DNA of 64,000 bases, taken from Thecamonas trahens ATCC 50062. Lineage: Eukaryota > Protista > Apusomonadida. The first letter of the stretch is position 1; each line of letters begins with the position of its first letter. The notes below the pieces were generated by a model. The model did no database searches. It was given only the letters and a program-made list of their open reading frames with translations, and was not told the DNA's origin. The position numbers and the translations under genes were made by a program. Location: positions 266,244-330,243 of the forward strand of contig NW_013657672.1 of the NCBI RefSeq assembly GCF_000142905.1, written 5' to 3'. Positions 30,785 through 41,973 of the stretch are shown one piece after another.

Positions 30785-32252
30785 GTGCCTGGACTCGGAT
30801 CCGGATCTGGAATGTCATAAAGAGACCTCTCATCGCCGTGCTGCGACCCGCGCTCGCGAACTTGCACAGCGGGCGGGTGGTGGTGAGCGTGGCGAGTATG
30901 GTGGAGCGAGAGCGGAGACGCTCGCGGAAGGCGGGGCGGCGAGAGATGGACCAGGTCGGTACGGCCCACTGCCGATGCCGCCGTCCGCAGCGCGACGTCG
31001 AGTTCGTACGGCGCCCGCGGGTTGACCAGCCGCCGCGACGGCTGCCATTCGGCTGCGCTGCGCAGCGACGGGGGAGTGAGCCAAAGACTGCCACACGGTG
31101 CGCGGGATCTGACGCACCCGACGGCACCACGCTGAGCGGATCGAGGACCTGCGACGCGGCCGAGCCGGCCTGATACGATAGCGGCGGGAGGTCAAGGTCG
31201 TCAAAGGTGAGCTGCTGCAGCCTTGGCGGAAGTAAGGTAGCATCCCGGTCGTCGTCGTCATCGTCGTTGTCTGCCGGCGGCGACGGGATGCGCACGTCCG
31301 ACCGGGTTGGTGACGACGTGAGCCCCGGGGCAAACCGCGGCTCAACCACAACCTCCTCAGCAAGTGCAGCCTTGGCCGTCGGTGAGAGGCCAAATGCGGT
31401 GTGCTCCAGCTCGCGCAGCGCTTTGCTTGCCCGCGCCGAGAACGCATCGGCGAGGCGCGAGCTACCTGCCAGCGGCAGCGGCTTCAGCTCCGGCTCGCAT
31501 GGCGGGAGCTCAAACTCACCGGCAGTCTTGGCAAAGAGTGGAGCACGGAGGTCCGGTGGTAGGTACAGCAGCGGTTGGTAGATGGCAGAGCGGGCGGAGC
31601 GCGATCGCGCGTCGCGCGACGCGTCCACAACCTGGTTGCTGGCCGCAAGCCTCGCGTCGAGCGCCGCCCGAGACTTGCGGACGTATCGCTGGAACTCCTC
31701 CAGCTCCTTTTCGCTCGACTCCTCCGTCAGCGGAGCGAGTTCGAGCGGCTTGAGCAGCGCCGGATCCAGCGCTGTTGTCGCTGGCAGCGGGCGTGGCGGC
31801 AGGAGCGGCGCCAACAGCTCGTCGTCGGGCCCCGGCGGCGGAGCCCGCAGCGGAGACTCTGGCGCCAGCCAGCCACTTCCCATCTCCCACTTGCAACTGC
31901 CGTCGTCACCGTCTTCCCCCCCGCCTCCGCGTGGTAGTAGCCATTCGTCGTCGTCCGCATGCCCAAGACGGAGCGACCTCGAGTCAGGAGCCCTCTCCTC
32001 TTCCTCCTCCCCTCCTTGCACCGCCCATCCCTCGCCATCATCCTCGCCCACGGCCCACCATTCTTCAGCCATCCCGCCCTCCCAGTCCCGTTCGACGTCA
32101 CACCTCAGGGCGAGTGCGGTGTGGTTATAGAGCCCAAGCCCAAGGTCCGAGCCCGAGGCGCAAGGCGGCGGTTGCGGGCACAGGTCGACCGAGTCGGTCG
32201 AGACGGAGCAGCTGCGCCAGCTGCGCGACGATTTTGGCGCGACGAAGGCCAT
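30769..32252 (-). CDS. Hypothetical low-complexity protein; 3' end uncertain (possible frameshift at about 31070)
   Basis: Long ATG-initiated ORF with a short coiled-coil-like segment. As assembled it stops at 30723 inside the ATP synthase g intron; adding one C gives a stop at 30769. Confidence 0.45.
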
Positions 32253-32713
32253 GAGCGTGTTTTCTAAAGGCTCCCTGCAGCGACTATGTTGCCGAATGCT
32301 ACTGTAGCAAGTTCGAGAGCAAGGAAGGCGAGCATGGGAATGATGCCACCTCGGAGGAGCCTAGGTGTCGTAGATCGAGCCGATGCTATGGGGAAAGAAG
32401 CCAGAGCAACTGAGACAGAGAGACGCGGTCGCACGCAGGTCAGCAGGCAGTCGGCAGAGTGGGGGAGGAAGGGAGTGCCACGTCGGTTGGGGATGGGGGT
32501 GTAGGTGCAGGACACATCTCTTTTCACCATCCCCCCCCTCCCCTCCCCCTCCTCTCACTCTCCCTCCCGCCCGCCCGCCCGCCCTGGTGCATGCACCTGG
32601 CTCTGACTGCTACTGTCTCCCGTCGCTGCTCTCTCTCGCTCAGACGCGGCGCAAACTCGCTCCGTCTGCTTCGCTCGCAGCTCTACTGCCTCCCGATTGG
32701 TGCAGGACTGATT

Positions 32714-34054
32714 ATGGCTTCTGCTGCTGATGCTCGTGGGCTCTCTTCGACGGCAACAGCCAATGGCCGCTACTTGCTCCCGCCTGATCCCGAGGCTGCC
32801 TCGCCGTCACTCCACCCGTCGCCAAACTCCAAAGTGGCTGCATCGTTTTCGATCGGCCAGTTCAACGCGCTCGCCGCCAATCTAGCCACGCCGGACCACT
32901 TTCCTTACGCTACCGCCAAGCATCTGGGCTGGGCTGACCGTTCACGCGTGCTGCGCAATGAGATCTGCTCCATGGTGCCTGGCGACGACGGGGCGGCGCC
33001 GCCCGACGTGCTGTGCGTCGAGGAGGTGGCGCAGCTGCCGTACTTTGCGGCGTTTATGGAGCCAATGGGCTTCAAGTGGATCTCTGCCCGCCGGCCGTCG
33101 GAACACGAGTCGTCATGGTCGGGCCTCGCCAAGGAAGACGGCACCGCCATCTTCTACAACACCGCCCGGTTTTCGCTTGTCCACGCCCAGGCCATCGTCT
33201 TTGATGATGTCCATGACCGGGTCGGCCTCGCTGCCCTGCTCGCCGACACCGTCTCGAGCGACCTGCTGCTGGTGGCCTCCACTCATTTGTACTGGAATGC
33301 AGCCAAGCTCGAGACCCAGCTGGCGGAGCTGGCCGAGTTTGAGGGCCTTGTTGTCGACGTCATGCGCAAGCTCGCTGCTGTGGTCCGCGGCGACGACGCC
33401 CAGAGCTTAGCCGGCGTTGCGCTTCCGGACCACAACCATGTGCTTGCTGCTGCCGATGGCATCAATCTCGGCCGGACGTCGCTGGTCGGCACCGGCGCTT
33501 CGGCAGCGGCGGAGCTGCCGTCTGCGGCGCGCGAGCGGCTGTCCGACGTGGCGTCGGCCGGTGCGCTTGATGACGGCGTGCGGGCGCTTTTCCAGCACGT
33601 TCCGGTGGTAGTGGCCGGCGACTTTAACAACGGGCCTGACTCTGCTGTCTATGCCCGCATGGTTTCCGACTTTCTCGAGCCATGGCTCCCGCTCCCGCTT
33701 GTCTCGGCCTACGCGCAGTACCCAGGCGTCGGCGGCGCCGGCGAGCCGCCGTTCACCACCTATAACTACAAGCGCTCATGGACCATCGACTACATCTTCC
33801 ACACCCCAGCCAGCACGTCGCAAGCCAACGGTCTCGAGCTCGATGGTCTCCTCTCGCTGCCCAACATCGAGGCCGTGACCCGCGACGATGGGCCGCCCGG
33901 CTGGCGCGATGCGCTCTCCTCGCCCGCCACCCTGGCCAAGTATCCTCGGCTCAGCGAGCTTGCGCACACTCCGCGCCTCCTCAATGGCATTCCCAACTCG
34001 CTCTTTGGCTCAGACCACGTCCCGCTCGTCGCTGTCTTCCACAAGCCGCTCTGA
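32714..34054 (+). CDS. EEP-superfamily CCR4/nocturnin/Angel/PDE12-like phosphoesterase
   Basis: QFNALA, DVLCVEEV, ASTHLYW, AGDFN, TIDYIF and GSDHVPL motifs. Confidence 0.9.
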   Translation: MASAADARGLSSTATANGRYLLPPDPEAASPSLHPSPNSKVAASFSIGQFNALAANLATPDHFPYATAKHLGWADRSRVLRNEICSMVPGDDGAAPPDVLCVEEVAQLPYFAAFMEPMGFKWISARRPSEHESSWSGLAKEDGTAIFYNTARFSLVHAQAIVFDDVHDRVGLAALLADTVSSDLLLVASTHLYWNAAKLETQLAELAEFEGLVVDVMRKLAAVVRGDDAQSLAGVALPDHNHVLAAADGINLGRTSLVGTGASAAAELPSAARERLSDVASAGALDDGVRALFQHVPVVVAGDFNNGPDSAVYARMVSDFLEPWLPLPLVSAYAQYPGVGGAGEPPFTTYNYKRSWTIDYIFHTPASTSQANGLELDGLLSLPNIEAVTRDDGPPGWRDALSSPATLAKYPRLSELAHTPRLLNGIPNSLFGSDHVPLVAVFHKPL

Positions 34055-34105
34055 TCCGAGGTAAAAGCCGCCTTCTTGACACTCGCCGCGCGCGCAGCAG
34101 ACGCG

Positions 34106-34420
34106 TCACGACGCGGCGGCGCCCGTGTCGGAGCGGGCGGCAGCCGACGCGGCGCGGAGCCGATCTGCGGCGGCAGCAGCTCTGCGTGACGCAGCATCAG
34201 CAGCCGCAGCAGCGCGTGCAGCAGCGCGAGCCGCGCGCTCCTCGTCCAGCATCCAGAACTCGTCCAGCTGGTTCTTCGCCCAGCTCTGAGCCCGGGTGAA
34301 GACATGGTCCGAGCCGTCGGGCAGCGGACGGTACTCGAGGCCAAACACCATGTAAGTCCCCACAGCAGCGCATGCCGTGTAGCTGAACAGCTTGAGCAGA
34401 TGCGCTTTGCGGCCCTCCAT
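34106..34420 (-). CDS. Small single-TM protein of unknown function
   Basis: 104 aa with one N-terminal hydrophobic segment followed by DHVFTRAQSW and an Ala/Arg helix. Confidence 0.6.
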   Translation of the reverse strand: MEGRKAHLLKLFSYTACAAVGTYMVFGLEYRPLPDGSDHVFTRAQSWAKNQLDEFWMLDEERAARAAARAAAAADAASRRAAAAADRLRAASAAARSDTGAAAS

Positions 34421-34819
34421 TCCTTTGTTTCTTCGGTACCTGCCTGTGGAAGTCGGGTGGACGTCGGGTGCAGCGGCCAGCGGCGGGCGGCTGGCGGGTG
34501 GGGCTGCTAGCTGCTGCGTTGACCTTTCGGTAGACAGTAGTGGTCAGATACTGGGCCACGGTATCGGGGACCTGCCACTGCCACCAGGCTAGGCCATCGC
34601 TGGGCCATGTGCGGTACGTTTAGTGGCTGACGCGGTCATCATCTCGCCGCGAGCTGGCTACGAGCTGGCGACCGGCGAGTCGATGATGGCCAAGCGAGTC
34701 GATGATCGGCACGTCGATGGGCGGCAACTCAATGGGCAGCACGCCAATGGCCGGCACGCCAACGGTAGGGAGCAGAGACATGCTACAAATAGCTGCCGAT
34801 GCAGTATGTACAGCTGCAA

Positions 34820-35512
34820 CTACGGGAGGAACGAAGTGATCATGACAAAGCCCATGAACTCGACAAAGCCGATGACAGGCGTGACAAAGCCCCAGACCGG
34901 CCAGACGGCAATGGTCATGGCCGTGGCACCGATGAGCAGAAAGACAACCGCCACAGGAATGGCCGAGCTCTCAGCCATGTCATCGGTCTTCTTCACTACG
35001 TACGCCAGATAGATTCCAAAGTACGCCCCGATGGCCCCAAAGACAGAGAACGCAACCACGCCCAGCATCAGCCAGTTCCTGTTCTCCTCCCCCTCCCAAT
35101 CACCACCATCGCCACCATCGCCACATCATCATCACGCCGTCCCACGCCATTGCGCCATCCCAGGCCGCATCATCATTGCGCCGTCCCACACCCACGCCCG
35201 TTCCATGTGAGTCCTCCCCCCCGCCCCCTAACCCCCTGCCCCCCCCCCCCCCCCCATGTAGAGCACCTACCACAGGACACGTGGGTCTGTGCGCAGGGTG
35301 TTGACGACGTCAAAGTAGTAGAGGACCGCCATGGCGGCCACAATCCAGGCCAGAGTCTCCACCGAGGCCCGTGCAGACTCGCGCTTGGCCCGGTCGCGCT
35401 CGTACATGGCCACCCGGGCCTCTGTGGCCGGGTCGGCCGCGGTGTACTCGTCTACTGCCGCACGCCTGTTCAGCTCGCTGCCGTCAAACCGTGCACCTGT
35501 TGTTGCTGCCAT
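34820..35512 (-). CDS. TMEM128: TMEM128-like membrane protein; intron at 35079-35270
   Basis: A GTAGGT...ACAG intron joins WIVAAMAVLYYFD..TL to ...AIPV...IAVWPVWGFVTPVIGFVEFMGFVM, which matches the TMEM128 C-terminal pattern. Confidence 0.8.
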
Positions 35513-35661
35513 CGCCAGTCCCTGCAAAGTGGTGCTATCGTGAGGTGTGGCTGGAACTGTGTGGCGCTGACTGGTGTTGTGTCGCTGTCGGCCGCCCGTC
35601 GTCTGGCCGCCGCCCGGGTCAGGCGCTTGGAAGTATCACCGCCTGTATTATGGCTCGGCAC

Positions 35662-38006
35662 TCATCCGACGTAGCTGATGTTGCCCGAGATCGGGGCATG
35701 AACGCCACGGACGGCGTCGTGGAGGTTAGTGGGATCGGTCGAGCCGCGGTACATCGGCGCCTTTTCAAAGGCGGCGGCGCCGCACTTGGTGCATGGGCGA
35801 TTCGGGAAGCGCGAGTTGATGATGGTGACGCGATGGCGGCATTGGCCGCACTTGAACCAGCGCTTGGTAGTGGTGATCCACTTGATGGTGTGGCCTGCCG
35901 CAGCGCAGACCTTGGTCACTGACAGGGTGATCTTGTTGCACTGCGCGCACTTGGCGGCCTTACACTCTTGCTCGAAGATGCCGGCCATCTGCATCACCAT
36001 GTTGTCGCGCTTCTCAAGCTCATCCAGACGGGCATCACGTTCCTTCTTCTTGGCGGCAGCCACATCAGCGGCGTGCGCCGACTTGGCAGAGAGCACCGCC
36101 TGGCCGGCAGTTGACTTGAGGTCGACCCGACGGCCCATGGCGGCGGCCAGTGCTGAGCGCGGCGCGGCGGGTGCGGCGGCCTTGCGGGCGGCGACCTCTG
36201 ACTTGCGCGGCAGCCGTGGCATTGCATTTTCGGGCTCGCGATCGCCGCGCTCGCGCTTGGCCTTGAGGAGCGCGGCTGCGCGGCGGATGCGGTCGGCGTT
36301 GACGGCTTGGGCGGCGTGGCGGGCCTTGGCCTCGTCGCGCTCGCGCGCGCGGCGGACGGCCTCGTCGTGGGCGGCGGCGCGCTGGAGAGCGGCAGCCTTC
36401 TTGGCTGCAAAGTCGGCCGAGGTCGAGATGATGGCTCGCGCGTGCTGGAGGTTGCCGAGGCCCGCCAGCGGGATAGACATGGAGCCCGAGCCGTGGAGGC
36501 CGCGGCCAAGAACCGGCGCCTTGCCGTGGCCGATGATTGCCTCGCAATTCGTGGCGATAGGCTCGCTGCGCATGCCTGGAATACGGGCGTGACCGTTAAT
36601 GTGGACGGCTTTGCCAGACGCACCCGGGCCCGAGCTGTTGCGGGCCTCCTTGCGGGCCGCGGCGATGGCACGGAACTTGGCTCGGTCCTCGTCGGCAAGA
36701 GCAGCAACCTTGGACTCGAGCACCTGGCGCTTGCCGCGGGTCGGCCGACCGGGCGTGGTCTCCTTGGTCATATCGCGCTGGATCTGGCGGAGAAGCGAGC
36801 GCGAGTCGGCCGATGATGGCACCGTCGCCTTGCGGCGGCCGGCCTTGGCGAGCTTGGCACGGAGGGTAGCCACCGGCGATGCCTTGGCGCTTTGCCGCGG
36901 AGCAGCGACCCGGCGATGCTGAAAGGTGCCGACCGAGAGGTTGCGGCGGGCCGAGGCCACGTCGGGCTTGGTCTTGCCACCAAAGCCCGAGTTGAACTCC
37001 ATGCGCGAGGAGCGGACGCGGTTGTACTCCTTCATGACGTGGTACTCGCAGTACTGGGTCTTGGAGCCATTGATGACGTTGGTGCACTTGGCTCCGGCCT
37101 TGGTCAGCGACTTACACACGGCGTAGTCGCGCGACTTGCCCAGCATCAGGACGTTGTCGGTGCCTGTGATGGAGATGGCAAGGCCCTTGCCACGCTCGCG
37201 CGACGGAAGGACCTTTGGATTGAGGAGGGCAAAGACTGAGCCGACAGGCGTGGCGTACAGCGCCTCAAAAGCGCCGCCAAAGACAAAGAGCGAGAGCGAG
37301 ACGCCGGCCAGATCCGAGAGCGTCCAGATGACGTACTTACCGCCGCGGCCCGAAACCTGGACCCGCGACTTGCTCGCCACCACGCCGATCACCACCCACT
37401 CGCCCGGGATGTCGCCGCATACCACGGCGTCCTTGAGCCCGCCCAGCGGGTAGTACTTGCGCTGCGCCATGTGTCGCGCCATGGCCTCTGACGATACGAC
37501 CCGATTACGGAGCCAGAGGCCGGAAAATGCTTCCTTGGAGCCCGATCCAGCCTCCACCACGCCTGCACCACCGCTACTGCTGCCCGATCCGCCTCGTGCT
37601 CCCGTTCGGAGGCCAAAGGTAGCTGCCGGCTTGCGCGCCACCTGCGAGCGGGCGCCCTTGGCTTCTGCGGCAGCGCGAGCGGCATCCTTGGCGAGCTTGT
37701 CCTGCTTGGCCCGCTTGAGCCTCCGTTGACTCTCTGCAAACGATGCTCCGTAGCTTGTAGCTCCTGTGGCCTCGTCTGTGCGCTTGCGCTTGCGTGAGGC
37801 GAGGCCGGCAAAGGCCGCCAGCTTTGACGAAGAATCTACGGCCGGTGGGGCATGGGCATCTGCGAGGCGGTGTGAGGGGTGGAGCCGGGGTCATGGCCTG
37901 GGCCAGGGATGGGGTTGTAGGGAGCCACGCCCGGTGCCGCACTCCCTGTGTCCGAGTCCGAGTCCGAGTCAAGGAGCGCCGAGAGGGTGGCGAGTGCCTC
38001 GGTCAT
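35662..38006 (-). CDS. MCM10: Replication factor MCM10; frameshift at about 37878
   Basis: E.FSGL.LRNR, OB-fold WVVIGVV..KS / KY.IW.LSDL / GSVFALLNP, CCCH finger (C...C...YCEYHV) and a C-terminal zinc domain (KRWFKCGQC...PCTKCG). The frame is open to about 37890 and joins MTEALATL (ATG 38006) by adding one C. Confidence 0.92.
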
Positions 38007-38147
38007 GGCCGGTGAGCTAGGGAGAGGTGCCGATGGCCGGATTTGGTCCTTGCTCGCTGAGCAGCTGCATGTTGGTCGGCGTCCCACTTTATATCCACGG
38101 GATGTACAAACTGGCGCAGTGCGACATCTCGTAACCGTCGAAGGTGT

Positions 38148-41100
38148 TTACAGCGCCTGTTGAGCCTGGGCGACATCAGCCTTCATCAGTTTGATGCGCT
38201 TCATGGTCAGAAGCGCCGAACGCTTATTGCCGGCGGCGCGGAGTTGCTTGGCCAGCGTGATCTCGCTGCTGATCTTGGTGCGGAGCTTGGCAACATAGTC
38301 GGCCGGCGTCAGCTGGCCGGTACTCACCTGGACGCCCAGGATCTGCAGCTGAAACTGCGCGCCCTCGAGTTCGGTGCTCAGTGCGTCTGCATGCGGCAGC
38401 CGCCGGGCTCTCGCGCTTGCCACTTCCTTGCCGAGCTCCTCGATGTACCAGGAGAGAACCTCGGCCGAAACCATGTTCGCAGCACAGTTGTGCTCGTCCA
38501 TGATGGCACTGTCCGGCAGGTCCGATGCTGCAGACGACGTCGGCGGCGGGCGCGAGGCTGGCGCCGGTGACTTTGGCGCTGCCGGCTTGGCCGCCGGAGA
38601 TGAGGACGCCGACGCAGCTTGGCCGCCGCCCCCTAGCGGAGAGGTGCGGCCATACAGCGAGATCCAGTCGACGGCGTACTTACGCCGATCGGCGGTTTTG
38701 GTCTCTGAAAACGGATAACGGACCGAGAGCGAGACCTCGACATGAGCCTTGGTCCGCTTCTTCGAGTTGGGCGGCGAGAATGGGACAGTGAGCGTCGACT
38801 GCGACTTGGAGAGGATGGCTTCCAAAGGAATCTCGGCTCTGCCAAGCTCGACGTCGCTCCGCAGGAAGCGTGAGTGCACGACCACAATGGCGATGCGCTT
38901 GCGCTGTGCCAGCCGCAGCGTTGACCGCTTGCGCGGCAGATCGAAGCGATGCGACCACACCAGGCCCTCGCCAAGATCCGAGAGCGTCGACGTTGTCTTG
39001 ACCTGCGGTTCGTCCGATGGATACGGGAACCGAATTTCAAGGTGCGGCGAGTAGTCGCTCATCGATCGTGAAAGCTTGTCTAGCTCGCGCACACCGGAAA
39101 TGTACACCTCGCACACGTTCTCGTCAAGGAGTGGACAAGCGAACGAGTACAGCAGTTCGGCGTGCTCGAGATCAGTCGGGAGCAGCGGGAGGCCAACCGC
39201 CATGGCGCGCTCCACTAGACCAAGCTCGAGTGTGACATCGTTGTACATCGCTCGGAACTTGGCACCACCGCTCTTGTCACCGGTCGCCTGCGCCATCTCA
39301 AAGAGCGACTCAGTCGCCTCGCGCTGAGCCTCGAGCTTGGCCCGCAGTGTCTCCAGCGCTCGAATCTGTGTCTCTGCCGTCTTGGTCTGCGCCTGGAACG
39401 AGCCATCAAGCGCCAGCGATGTCGGTGCTGGCGGAACAGGAGTGCCGGCCGCCTTGGCTTCTGCAGTGAGCCACCACGGAAGCACCTTGGAGACATGGAG
39501 CAAGAGCTTGGCAAGCTCCATGTCCTGACTCTTCACGGCGATTGCCTGCTTCTTGTACGCTCGCGCCAGCGCGTCAATGTGCGCCGGCGTCACGCTTTCA
39601 GCCACTGGACTCGGTGCCGGCGAAGAATCTTCTGTGACATTTGCCTTGAGCGCACGGATCTGGGCCGAAAGCTCGCGGAAGCGCGAGGTGGCAGCCTGCT
39701 CGGCGGCCGCATCGCCGGCCTCACGCGCAGCCTTGCATGCCGCGACGCATTCGCGCTTGGCAGCCTCAAGTTGGGCAAGGCTAGGAGCAGGCACAGGATC
39801 CGAGGATGCAGCGCCACTTGCCTTGAGCGCACGGATCTGGGCCGAAAGCTCGCGGAAGCGCGAGGTGGCAGCCTGCTCGGCGGCCGCATCGCCGGCCTCA
39901 CGCGCAGCCTTGCATGCCGCGACGCATTCGCGCTTGGCAGCCTCAAGTTGGGCAAGGCTAGGAGCAGGCACAGGATCCGAGGATGCAGCGCCACTTGCCT
40001 TGAGCGCACGGATCTGGGCCGACAGCTCGCGGAAGCGCGAGGTGGCAGCCTGCTCGGCGGCCGCATCGCCGGCCTCACGCGCAGCCTTGCATGCCGCGAC
40101 GCATTCGCGCTTGGCAGCCTCGAGTTGGGGAAGGCTCGGTGCAGCAGACTGGACGTTCGCGTCGCTCTCGGACTCGGCATCGGACGACTCACCGTGGAGT
40201 GCAGCCAACTCACCGAGCAGGGCAGGGTTGTTGAGGTCGGTATCTGAAACATGAACCTCAGGCTCATCGTCGGACGAGTCTGGCTCTGGTGGTGTCTCCG
40301 GTTCGCCAGCCTTGACCTTGCGAATCTGGGCCGTGATCTGACGGTAGCGGTCGGTGGCGGCCTTTTCGGCGGCGGCGTCGCCGGCCTCGCGCGCCGCCTT
40401 GCAGGCCGAAAGGCACTCGCGCTTGGCGGCTTCGAGCTGGGCGAGGCGCGTGGCAGGGGTTGGAGAAGCAGGCGAAGCTGCAGCGGTCGGGAGTAGCGAG
40501 ACGTGGCCGCCAGCCTTGACCTTGCGAATCTGGGCCGTGATCTGACGGTAGCGGTCGGTGGCAGCCTTTTCGGCGGCGGCGTCGCCGGCCTCGCGCGCCG
40601 CCTTGCAGGCCGAAAGGCACTCGCGCTTGGCGGCTTCGAGCTGGGCGAGGCGCGTGGCAGGGGTTGGAGAAGCAGGCGAAGCTGCAGCGGTCGGGAGTAG
40701 CGAGACGTGGCCGCCAGCCTTGACCTTGCGAATCTGGGCCGTGATCTGACGGTAGCGGTCGGTGGCGGCCTTTTCGGCGGCGGCGTCGCCGGCCTCGCGC
40801 GCCGCCTTGCAGGCCGAAAGACACTCGCGCTTGGCGGCCTCAAGCTGCGCGAGGCTTGCATCGCGCTCTGCGTCGCTCGGTGTAGGACGAGCCACGACAT
40901 GTGCGCCTGAGCCTGAGCCAAGTCCCTCGAGTTCCCCCAGCAGTTCCGGGTCGTTGAGGTCTGCGTCGGTGACCTCGACCTCGACCTCGTCGTCACTCTT
41001 GGATGCGGGCGGCGGACTTGGGGACCTGGCGGGTGAATGCGGGGCAATGTCATGGCCGCAGAGCTCGGCCAGCTCGCCGAGGAGGTCCGGATTGTTGAGG

Positions 41101-41867
41101 TCTGCGTCGGTGACCTGGACCTGGACAGCGTCATCGTCGTCATCAGAGGAGATCGACGGACTTGATTGTGCAGGTGGGGCTGGGGTCGCGGGCGCGCTCC
41201 CACCTGTAGGGTCGACCAGTGCAATCGACGTGCGACCCTCGACGTCTGCGATGGCAGCCTTAAGTGTCTTGACCTCGGCGAATGCTGCCCGCGCGCCCAC
41301 GTAGTCGCCGGCAGCCTTGAGGGCGGTGGTCTCCTGGGAGAGCTGCTGGATGCGTGCCTCCATCTCGGGCACCGATCGCGATACCGAAGCTTGTGGCTCA
41401 GCACGCTCTGCGACAGCTTCCAGAGCGGCAAGCTCAGCCAGCAGGCTCTGATCGTTGAGGTCGGCATCGGTGACTTGCATGGAGCGTGCGAGTGACGGGT
41501 CGCCGCCCATGAGTTCGGTGAGGTCCATACCACCGAGGCCAGCACCAGCGTCCAAGCCCATGCCCATGCCCATGCCCATGCTACCACCCGCATGTCCATG
41601 TGCAACACCAGCAGCTCCGCTCCCACCACCGATGACGTTGCCCTCGGCGTCAAAGACCGGGTCAGCAAAGAGCGAGGGGTCGATGGCAAAGTCCTTGAAG
41701 GCGCACATGTGGCGGTGGTAAGTAGGTGGACAAGCGGAGGGGGAGGGACGGGGAAGGGGAGAGGGCAAGAAGAGGTGGAGGGGAGGGGGATGAGCGTACT
41801 GTGTTCCCCCGCTGTGTGTGGAGGCGCTTGTCCGCGGCTCCGTCTTCTTCTTGCGGAACCACGACAT
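38148..41867 (-). CDS. CC2D1A/B / Lethal giant discs-like protein (DM14 repeats plus C2 domain); probable short intron at about 41694-41800
   Basis: Repeated DADLNDPELLGEL motif, DM14-like A..A+.AGD...A helical hairpins, a C2 domain (HSRFLRSDVELGRAEIPL) and the conserved tail QILGVQVSTGQLT..DY...KRIKLMKADV. Confidence 0.82.
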   Translation of the reverse strand: MSWFRKKKTEPRTSASTHSGGTQYAHPPPLHLFLPSPLPRPSPSACPPTYHRHMCAFKDFAIDPSLFADPVFDAEGNVIGGGSGAAGVAHGHAGGSMGMGMGMGLDAGAGLGGMDLTELMGGDPSLARSMQVTDADLNDQSLLAELAALEAVAERAEPQASVSRSVPEMEARIQQLSQETTALKAAGDYVGARAAFAEVKTLKAAIADVEGRTSIALVDPTGGSAPATPAPPAQSSPSISSDDDDDAVQVQVTDADLNNPDLLGELAELCGHDIAPHSPARSPSPPPASKSDDEVEVEVTDADLNDPELLGELEGLGSGSGAHVVARPTPSDAERDASLAQLEAAKRECLSACKAAREAGDAAAEKAATDRYRQITAQIRKVKAGGHVSLLPTAAASPASPTPATRLAQLEAAKRECLSACKAAREAGDAAAEKAATDRYRQITAQIRKVKAGGHVSLLPTAAASPASPTPATRLAQLEAAKRECLSACKAAREAGDAAAEKAATDRYRQITAQIRKVKAGEPETPPEPDSSDDEPEVHVSDTDLNNPALLGELAALHGESSDAESESDANVQSAAPSLPQLEAAKRECVAACKAAREAGDAAAEQAATSRFRELSAQIRALKASGAASSDPVPAPSLAQLEAAKRECVAACKAAREAGDAAAEQAATSRFRELSAQIRALKASGAASSDPVPAPSLAQLEAAKRECVAACKAAREAGDAAAEQAATSRFRELSAQIRALKANVTEDSSPAPSPVAESVTPAHIDALARAYKKQAIAVKSQDMELAKLLLHVSKVLPWWLTAEAKAAGTPVPPAPTSLALDGSFQAQTKTAETQIRALETLRAKLEAQREATESLFEMAQATGDKSGGAKFRAMYNDVTLELGLVERAMAVGLPLLPTDLEHAELLYSFACPLLDENVCEVYISGVRELDKLSRSMSDYSPHLEIRFPYPSDEPQVKTTSTLSDLGEGLVWSHRFDLPRKRSTLRLAQRKRIAIVVVHSRFLRSDVELGRAEIPLEAILSKSQSTLTVPFSPPNSKKRTKAHVEVSLSVRYPFSETKTADRRKYAVDWISLYGRTSPLGGGGQAASASSSPAAKPAAPKSPAPASRPPPTSSAASDLPDSAIMDEHNCAANMVSAEVLSWYIEELGKEVASARARRLPHADALSTELEGAQFQLQILGVQVSTGQLTPADYVAKLRTKISSEITLAKQLRAAGNKRSALLTMKRIKLMKADVAQAQQAL
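39641..40140 (-). repeat. 177-bp (59-aa) near-identical coding tandem repeat, about x3
   Basis: Unit anchors at 39641, 39818 and 39995. Confidence 0.93.
40305..40855 (-). repeat. 204-bp (68-aa) near-identical coding tandem repeat, about x3
   Basis: Unit anchors at 40305, 40509 and 40713. Confidence 0.93.
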
Positions 41868-41973
41868 GGCCGCCCGTCGCGTCGAGTGCGGTGTGACTCC
41901 CTCTTGGTCAGAGCACAACAGCGCGGGGGCGTGCGGCTGCGGCTGCGACGCGAAATGAGTATCATTTTACGGG

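Noticed and set aside
38083-38097. TATAAA on the minus strand about 85 bp upstream of MCM10
   Set aside because: A single short motif without TSS evidence.
39590-41965. 791-aa alternative-frame ORF and many other long overlapping ORFs
   Set aside because: Arg/Pro/Ser-rich shadows expected from high GC and codon bias; no motifs.
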